A stretch of 64,000 bases of DNA from Lama glama (taxonomy: Eukaryota). A program made the position numbers and the translations under genes. The notes beneath the pieces are model-generated. The model made no database searches. It worked only from the letters and a program-made list of their open reading frames with translations, and was not told the origin of the DNA. Shown one piece after another: positions 54,986 through 64,000 of the stretch. Numbering within the stretch: position 1 is the first letter of the stretch; each line of letters starts with the position of its first letter. The stretch is from positions 23,250,001-23,314,000 of the forward strand of contig CM052837.1 in NCBI GenBank assembly GCA_028534125.1. The letters run 5' to 3'.

Positions 54986-57900
54986 GTTCCTTCTGAAAGG
55001 ACTTTTAGAAACAGTATTTCTCTTCTCAGTGGTGCTGTGATGCTCTCCTCCGTGCTCCTCGCCCCTCGAGGGCGCACCCCTGCGAGGAGAGCCAGCCACC
55101 CTGTCGGCAGGGTTTGACTGGGGATGTTGAGCCCTGTCAGGAATGGGCGAGGGAGGGGGTGCGAAGAGAAGAAACAGCAAAGCCTCTTTTTTAAAAGGCA
55201 AAGAGAACTCAGTCTGCTTTCCCTTAGGAAGAAGAAGGATTAAGGAGTTGCCTGTCCTGCGGGGAACGGGCAGCCAGGTGCTGAAGGATGCTGCTGTGTT
55301 CACAGCAGCTTACGTCCAACTGGTAAAAAGACCCAAGGAACGTGATGGGAAGGTGGGGAAGGCAGCCCCACCTCAGGACCAAAGCTGCAGTCCTGGCTCG
55401 TGGGCGTGAGGGCACCTCAGCTGGGCCAGCGTCCAGCTCATGCAAACCTGCTGCCCGTGTCCGCGCTCAGGGTCGACTGTTTGCTAGTCCTGCCATCCTA
55501 AGATCTGCTGCCAGATGATAAATCATCCTCACGTCCTTTATTTAACTTGTGTGCTCTTTTGAAGGCTCTAGAAAGCCTGCTCTCTTTACTAGGAATGGTT
55601 AGTCTGGTTCTTGGTAACTTTCCAGGCCAAGCAGATCTTCCCTCTGGGCTGAGGAGGTGTGAGGCCACCTTCTCCAGCTCTTCCGCGGAGGGTATGGCTG
55701 GGTAGAGTGCAGCCTGCCTGTGGGCAGCCAGCTTGGACAATGAACCAGAGTCCCTTCCCCATCCCAAAGAAACCTCTCCTTTAAAAAAGGAAACGCAGCA
55801 TTCAGAAGTCGGTTTCTACCTGCCTCTCTCGCTTGCAACCCAGTTCTCTGTGCCTAGAACAAGGTTGAAGGGCCCTGCCCTGCCTGAGGCTATTCTCATA
55901 GCAGTCTGTGTTGGTGTGGATCAAAAACGATGCTGTGCAGGCATAAAAAGCCAGCCCAGGGGCCTGAGAAGACCTGCGGTTGAAGGAACACAGGACGTGT
56001 AACCGGTTGGTTCTTAAAGTGGTCACTGGTACCCGGCCCTAGTGTGACAATGCGCGTACTGAAGCATGGTCGCCGGCTTTGGAGAGAACAAGATTTTTTT
56101 AAACAAGCCCAAAGATTTAGAGCAGTCGGTTCAGAGCATCCTTTTTCTGTATAACAAATCAGACCCAAGACATGCACATGCCAAGTTCTCAGGTTTGGGG
56201 CCATCCTGGGCCACTGAAGGCCCCTCTGAGCACCACCCACTTGGAGAACCCTCTTGTCCACTGAACTAACTCAAATGGAGCCTCACTGCTCAGGCTCTTG
56301 CTGGCCCTTTGGCTCTCTGATTAGAGCTTCTTGGTCTGACTCAGAAGAGGGTGGTCTTTTCTCTCGGACAAGAAAGGTCTTCCCAGATTTCTCGTGGGCA
56401 GGAGAAAACTTCTGACCAGTGAAGGAAGAGATTCTGTGCTGACCACTGGGTTAGGGGCCGTCTGCATCATGAGACGTCCTTGGCCATGGGCGTTGACCAC
56501 TTTCGTTTTAATTTGGACATCCCTCCGTACTGGTCTGCTCTCCCAGGCAGCCTCACAGACCTGAGACACCCGCTCCAGTCTCTCCTATAACTGCCTTCGC
56601 CTTTCACTGAAAAGGTCTTGATCCTTCTTCCTAGAAGAGATATGACAACAGATTCAAGCAAATTCACAGATCAGTTTCACCTCAAATTCCTCCAGACCTG
56701 ACAATCATTGAATGAGCTGGCAGGCCCAGCATGGGAGTAGGGGTTGGGGGGTACCCTCCCTGGGGCAGGGATGTCCTGGCCCATGGTGGGTAGCGGCCTG
56801 CCTCACACCATGCATGCAGGTCACGACTCTGTAGTGTGTCGCTTGGGCTGGCATCTACTTCCACCACGGGTTATGCACCACTTGGGAAGCTTCTGAAAAA
56901 TAATGGTTCCTGGGGCCTGAGCAGGGGAGTTCTTCAGAAGCTCTCCAGGTGATCTGAATGAGTGGTCAGAGTTGACAACTGCCATTTTGGGCAGAAGAAA
57001 CCAAGAGCAGGGCAGGGAAGACGGTCAGTGGTACCAGGGGCAAAGGCAAGGAGAGGGCAACTGGCTCCTTGCAGGGCCTCTCCTGTCACCACCAACAGGA
57101 ACTGCTCCTGGCTGGCCAGCCGATCAGGACGAGTAGACTAGGTTCAAAAGGGCAAGCCTTCATCTTCACCCAGTGGACACGTGTGCGCACACAGCATCAC
57201 CTGCAAGTTTCAGGATTTTCTGCAGCCTGATCACAGATGGGACTCAGGTTAAGAGCTCCCGCTCTACAGGCTGCCCTGTGGGGAGAAGGCAAGCAGTTTC
57301 TGACCTCAGCTGAGCACACTGCCCTTAACGAGGATCTGTGGTCTTGAGCGAGGGCAGAGCATCCCTCGTGACCAGGCACATCATGAACATCACCCAAGGC
57401 TGGGCCTGGGGCTAGAGAAACACACTGGTCTTTCCACGTGAGCTCATCATCTCTCGCATGTCAGTTCTGTTGGGGGAAGAGACAACTCTAAGTGGTATCA
57501 GGTTATCCCACCAAACTTGTTCATGGAACAAAATAAGGTCAACCTCCTCGTTTCTTCCCGTTTCAGTTAAACCAATCAAGTCCTGGCTCGGCCAGGTTCA
57601 GTTCCCTGCTGGAGGCCCCTGGAGATGCCCACAGGGACCCCTTGCTACCACCACTGCCCTCTCTGTCCACAGCTGGGTCATAAGTGGGCCACTGCCTGTG
57701 TCTGCACCCACCGTGGGGTCAGCTAACTGGCTTCAGGGGACTAGCTTCTGAGGACTTGCTTTTTTGATTCAGCACAAAGCTGCTTCCCCAAGACTTCAGT
57801 TGGCCCCAGAGGGTCAGGTCAGGAACAGGGCGTGATGTCCCCCTGGGTGTCCTGCCTTGGTATGTCCGACCCAGGGGCTTTTATTTCAGGGGTCCTTTCT

Positions 57901-58334
57901 TCCTTTCGGCGCAGGCCCTGAGGATCACCCCAACATGATTCAGTCACTTTGAATATTAGAAGTTGGGCTTGAATCTCATTCCTTCAAGGCCCCTGGGTCC
58001 TTAGGCATATTCACCAACCTCTCCTCAGCAAATGACAGCCTTGCTTATCAGGACTTCCCTCCCAGAAAAAGTGTCCTCTCACCAGACGCCTGACGGCTCC
58101 AGGCCTGACTCAGTTTCCCTTGTCTCTAGCATAATTTTGGCAACACCGCTGTTCTTTCCAGAGGAGGCACCAGAGTGGACCGAGCCGTGTGGGAGACAGT
58201 GAGCTGGCACTGTCCTGAAGTGCACGAGGGAACCTGCCCCACCCACACACCCAAGCTGTTGGTCTCACCCACAGAACAGATCAGGCGATGTGAGTATCTG
58301 CTTTTTTTTCCTGATTCCCCCACAAATCAAGTCA

Positions 58335-61300
58335 GCAGATGGGAAAAGTATTTACGTTTTTATTTAGGAACAATCAAAAGATTTGAAGTACCATTTCGGC
58401 CCATTTCAAATTGTACAAGCAGTTTGTCCCTGTCCCCCTCCCTTATCCAAATCCACAGATACAAAATCTAGGAAATGTGCAATTTGCATCTTAGAAATAG
58501 CAGCATCCCCACAGGGGACCTCGTGAGGCCTGGAGACTCAGCCCAGAGAGGGCAGCCCTTTCCTCCCAGCCCAGCACAGCCACAGTCCAAAGGCAAGTTC
58601 CATCTTTCTGTTAAAAACACTTCCCCAGGGTGAAGAGCCCCCTTCCACCAGGCCTAGTGACGGTCAAGGTGCACCTGTGCCTCTCTCTAGATTGGCCTCT
58701 CACACTCGGCCACCACAGGAGGAGGGGCCCGCTGGACCAACAGAAACAGGGCAGTGGCCTCTTAGCACCAAGACGACGACTTCCTGGGTGTCTAGGGGGA
58801 CAGGAAGTGCACCACCAGCACACTGGTCCTGCCACCCCCGCCTCCCTTCCCACAGCTGCCCTCGGAATGCAGGGTCTGTGCTGAAGACCAGGCTGTCAGT
58901 GACCGGGTGGCAGGGGAGCAGGGACAAGGCATCAGGACGGCACCCGCAGGCCTCCAGCAACCCCCGGGAAGACTGCGCTCGATAGGCTTTCAATCCGCAA
59001 CGCCGGCAGGGCTAGTTACTCTTCTGAACAACAGCGATGGCACATTCGGCCCTCCCCATACACTGAACAAAGCAGCGCCCGGAAGCCCAGCAGGAACCCA
59101 CTCTCCCTACACCCACCCAGCACCACCCAGCGGCCTGCCCCGCAGGCTGCATCTGCCCAGGGCCAGCGGCGCTGGCTCTCCCAGCCACACCTGCAGCAAA
59201 CTGAGGGGTGGGGGTGCCGAACGTCGGAACACAAATGAAGGGCGAGCCAGCACCCGTGGGGCGGTGCCTGTGCCCTCAGGGTGCGCCTGCCTTGGTGCTG
59301 CCCTGGAACCCGCACCCTGCAGCTCTCCATCGGGGACTCAGAACAGCCCTCACCCCAGACCCTCCACCTCCAACTCCCCGCATGGCACGTGGAGTGCCTT
59401 CAGATCATCCACTTATCAAGGGAAGAAACACACTAGAAAGCATTAGCCAAAGTCATTCCCACACCGGGGGCTCCTGCGCCAGAGCCAGGCTCCTGAACAA
59501 CAGGCACTGATGGCAGGTGAACACTCAGACTCGTCAGGTCCCCGGCTTGCCACCTGCCCTGGGTGGACGGCAGGAGAGACACCGGCAGCCAGAGGGAAGA
59601 CAACCACAGTCCCCAGTGAGAAGCCAGGCTCTGGCCTGGGCCGCATCTGAGGGCCGTGGAAGCCAGGCCATGACAGCAAAGCAGGAGCCACACGTTTCCT
59701 GCGAAGCCTCACCTCCTGCAAACCAAAATACAGGGTTTTAAAAACTCCAGGCAGCAGGTCCTTGCCCCGTCCTCACCTGCAGGGTGAGCAGTGCCTTTTT
59801 CATGGGTCCCCGCCCTGTTCTGGACCATGGGGCAGGTAGGATGGCTGGTTCCCGCTGGATCCAGGCCGTCAGATCTCCAGTCTGGTGCAGGACTGGCCTC
59901 CATTCAAAGGAGAGGCCAGATTTGAAGGCAGGTTACAGAACAGCTCAGGGCTGAAGAACCAAAGATCTGGCTGCCCACCATCTCTCAGGCAAATGCCCCA
60001 TCTGTACTCCTCCGACCTCACGCTCCTGTGGACGTGGGTCAGCCCTCGCCCTCCCTCCCCAGTGTGACTTGGCACTGGGAACACACAGAGCTATTCCTGC
60101 GGAAAACGAATCAGAACCAAGGCCTGTGGGTTCTGTCTGTCTAGACTTAGAGCTGGGTTGGGTGGCAAGCCCGGCGGTATCACAGTCACCACGTCCACTA
60201 TTCACTTACTCGGCCAAAATCAAAATCCATCCTGGGCTCGGCTGTGATCAATGGGCCACAGGAGACAGTGCAGTGGATGCCCCAGACTGAAGCCTTGCTC
60301 AGGGAGGGGACCGACCAGGAAGGGCGTGGGCACCACACTCCCTGGTTTCCCAGGCGTTGCAGCTTCTCCTAAGGCAGGTGCTCCCCCAGCCACCGGAGAT
60401 GGGCTCCGAAGGCCTGGGCAGGAAGCTGATTCAGGAGGGCTTGGTGGGGGTGTGCTCCAGAGGGGTTAGGGAGGATGGAGCTCTGTTACTCTCTTGACTA
60501 AGGTAAGCTGCTGGCTTTGGCCCAGAAGGACTGGCCGTGCGCACCTTTCTTTCCATGTCTTGAGGACCTTTCTTTAGCATACAACTGAGCCTTGCAAATC
60601 AATGGGATACAGGAAAACTTACACGTAATACAAAACATGAGTCAAACTGATAACCTGCCCCAGGTAAAGTCTCAGCAAGGAAAAAGGTGGGGTGGTGGGG
60701 AGAAGCTTTAGGAAAAGCCCAAATTCCAGGTTTGGTTTGTTTAAGATTTTTTCTTGGCTAGTTCTCATCTCCTGCCAAGTACCTTTATCCACCTGGGCTG
60801 TGATGTCTGAATAGATAAAGCTGCTTCAACGCAAGGATTTTGGTCCAAGAAGAGGAAGACCAGAGGCAGCAGGGCGGCACAAGCAGGGCGCCGTGGGCAA
60901 GGATGGGCACAGAAAGACCGTGGAAGGCAACCTTGCCCACGGGAGGAGGGGCTGCAGGGCCTGTCACAGGACCACTGACTGAGCAGGATAAAGCCCAAAA
61001 CAGCCACACCTCGGCCTGGAGAACACGCTGACACTCCCTAGTGGGATAGCCTCCAGGGCCACAAGTACCCGCGAGAGCCTGCAAGGTACCCCTCGCCCAC
61101 CTCCCGCATTCGCTTCTGGTCAGCAGGTGTGGGGCCTTTAATCAAGGGGCTTTGGTCCACTCGGACAACTGCCGGGCACTCAGCTGCCAAAGCAGCTCTA
61201 GTCCCACAGGACAGTCTGCCCAAGGGGCCAGCACATCCTCCATCCAGGGCTTTCCCCTTAAGGAACCCGAGACTCCGGAGAATGAGAGCCTGCCTCCCAG

Positions 61301-64000
61301 ATCAAAAAGCTCCTTAAACGTCAAGAATTAAAATAAGTACTCAAAGTATGCAAAGTATATGTGTCATAAATCCAGGTTTCCTTTATCAGAACTCCCCTAT
61401 TAAAACTGGATCTACAACCCTATGTAAAAAATATAATCAACTAAACATACAAGGCAACAAGGAAACACTGACACACTCCACCATCTCTGATGAGCCCAAG
61501 CGCATACGGAGGTGGGCAAGATGAGTCACCTTGTAAAACAAGCTTGTTCTTTGGGAGAGACTGACCCCACCCTTCCTCCCTCAACTCTGCAGCCCACCAA
61601 CTGCCTTCTAGCAAAGGCGACATCACAGAATCCAACCCTCGGGTGGGGTGCAAACCCGCGGTGACCTGCCTGGCCACAGGCCCACATCCCCACCACTCTG
61701 GGGCGCCCCGATTCCAGGCTGCAGTAGGCGCTTCTCTGCCCAGGTGGCTGTGTTCATGGCTTTGCTCCCAGAGCCCTGGGTACCTGCCGCAATGTCCCTT
61801 AGGCACCTACTCGACAACCCATCTGTCTCCATCACTTGTGATCACTTCACTCATTCAAGCATAAGGCTTGAACCCCACTTACTCATGTCCGAGAGCATAG
61901 GAAGGAGGAGGGTCTATCTGGCCTGCTAGGCTCCTTACCTGGGCATCCTGCCACTTAGAAATGTGGCCCTGGGTGTTGAGCAGGGCCAGCATCTTGGAGG
62001 AAAACCTGCCTGGTGGGCATCACAGTAACTTCTCCATCTTTCAAGGATGAGCTGGTGTTGAGGTCTGGTCACTCTCTCTGTCCTGCATTAACTTGTCCAC
62101 CAAGTAATTTATTTTTTCTGTCTTGCTGTTTGGGTTGTAAATGACATGTGGATACAAATAAAATAACGAAGAAAATCCTCTCTAAAAACAGCTCTTCAGC
62201 CAGTGCACTCAGAGTAGCATCTCAGACATTGGAGATGGCTTCGTGCAGGGCCGCCCTGGCTGCCCCCTGCATCCCGGCCACCCCTCACAGGCTACTTTCC
62301 CCAACACCCACGTGCCACCAAGTTCCTCCAGTGTGCACGTCAGGTGTACAGTTCACAAGGATCAAATGAGGATCTGTACTGTACATGTGTGTATATATAA
62401 ATTAATCTGCATGTACACCAACACCACAGGAAAAGTGCAGGTGTCTGTTCTCTGAAGAAAGGCAATCACTTGCCATTCTTCGCAGTTCTGCAGAGGCCTT
62501 GGGGCAACAGCTTCACACCCAAAACGGAAAGGATACAAAAACAAGCTGCACAACTTGCCAAGGACTCACAAGTCACCTGTTGGAAACATAGAAGAGGTGG
62601 TCCCTGATGAGACAGGGTGAGCAGGTGAAGACACTTGAGAAGAACGAGGGTGCAAGGGCTTCTGGTTTCCAAAGAAAGCCTCTCTTGGTGGTGGGAGGTG
62701 CTCAGAGCCAAGCCTGTGGGGGGCCTGGTCCAGAACCTGGGTGGGCTGGGGGAGGAAGACCATGCCTAACCCACCGCCAGCATTTCTTGCCCAGAGCTCC
62801 TGCCCTGTCTCTGGGGTCTCCTTGTGCTGCCCAACCAGCCAGGGCCCAGGAGCAGCAGGCCTCTGAGGCCTCGGTGCTTTGGGCAGCAGGTGGTTTCTGG
62901 GAAGTGATGCGCCCTTTGCCAGCCCCACTCTTCACCTGCTGCTCTCGGAGCAGCTGGTCTTGGGAGAGAAAGGTATTTACCATTTAGCACAGCTTTGTAA
63001 GCAAGTTTCCCAATGTTTCAAAGGCACCTTTTCTTGTGATTTTTCTCAATTAAAAAAAAATGAATAGGAGGGTTAGGCCAAAGTAGACAGAGATTTTGTT
63101 TCCAGTTTGGGGATATAAACATAGAACTTCAAACACATCCTCACAAGGACCTGTCCAGCGATGTCCAGCTCGCCTGCCAGGCCCCGGGCACAGGGGTCAG
63201 GAGTACTCTGGTGCTCTGCCAGGAACCCCCACACACAGGCCTTTGTGCTGAGGGCCACCCCGGCTCTGGTAACTCCGAGAAGTCCCCGGATCCCACCAGC
63301 TCTCACTCTCACTCCGGGCGAGCCAGGGTCCTCCTTCCCAAACGAGAGGTGGCTTTGCAGTGAGTGTGGACAGAGGGCTCTGAAACCCATGGACAGAGCT
63401 ACAGCCCAAGGCTGTGCTTCCATGTTCATCTCCCACCCATTTCTCTCGTCTCTTCCTCTCACCCTCAACACGTCTAGACTGAAGGAAAAAAAGGTGGCAT
63501 GTCAGTACATTAGGCTTAACAACAAATGTTTCTTTAGTTGATCTGCTCACTGGAGAATTATGGTCCATGATTCAAACTCCCACGATAAAGCAGAAATACT
63601 ATAACAACTTAAAGAGAGTGGAAAGCATCAAATACTAATCACATGATCGGTCCATTTTCTTAAACTGTGGGTAACAGCAGGTTCTGCCCTGATTATCCCA
63701 AAAGGCAAGGCAAGCCTGCTGTGACACGCTGCTGGTCACCGCTCAAGGTAGCAGACATCTCTTCAAAGGTGCTGCCTTCCTTGAGGAGGGCAAAGGGGGC
63801 CCCAGGGGTTGCAGGTGTAGTTCTGAGTGTGTGATAACCCTAGTCGACCAAGGAAGGTGCAGGAACACGCGGCCAGCGAGCTCCAGAGAACAGACAGGGT
63901 GTTTCCGGAGATGATGTAAAAGACAAGGTACTGCTTTGCTAACCAGAGTTTCTATGTAATGAAAGTATTTATCATCTGATGCTTTATTACATGTGTGTAG
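58335..64000 (-). other. ZHX3: Probable distal 3'UTR of the convergent ZHX3 gene (minus-strand AATAAA at 58359-58364; further ones at 62108-62113 and 63983-63988)
   Basis: Conserved mammalian synteny TOP1-PLCG1-ZHX3; region nearly repeat-free with AU-rich islands; tttatt plus a TGTA element upstream on the minus strand; no ZHX3 coding sequence in the window. Confidence 0.6.

Noticed and set aside
58907-59446. 179-aa plus-strand ORF in the presumed ZHX3 3'UTR
   Set aside because: GTG start, low-complexity Pro/Ser/Gly content, no splice or domain support
1-64000. Prokaryotic-type systems (CRISPR arrays, operons, IS elements), tRNA or rRNA genes
   Set aside because: The sequence is clearly a spliced mammalian locus; no regularly spaced repeats or structural RNA genes were seen

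Overview
Eukaryotic (placental mammal, non-primate, non-rodent; Laurasiatheria is my inference) genomic DNA covering the conserved TOP1-PLCG1-ZHX3 locus. It contains the last 8 coding exons of DNA topoisomerase I (TOP1, +, 1449-9854) and its partly N-masked 3'UTR. A ~9 kb spacer of ancient repeats follows (MIR, L2, L1M, one ERVL solo LTR with an intact 5-bp TSD), then a CpG-island promoter. The complete 32-exon phospholipase C gamma-1 gene (PLCG1, +, ATG 20655 to TAG 53205) has all GT-AG introns and its exons sum to 3876 nt (1291 aa, or 1290 aa via a NAGNAG acceptor). After its 3'UTR, the window probably ends in the long 3'UTR of the convergent ZHX3 gene (-; synteny inference, no ZHX3 coding sequence visible). 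Nearly all entries in the supplied ORF track are spurious GC-rich frames. I found no convincing new gene system. The best leads are non-coding or variant-level: N-runs that appear to hide highly conserved DNA, an upstream (CCG)9 alternative first exon, a miR-6871-like tailed mirtron plus similar neighbouring hairpins, a head-to-head pair of poly(A) signals, and unusual substitutions in the PLC-gamma1 nPH and C2 domains. Human comparisons are from memory and need alignment.
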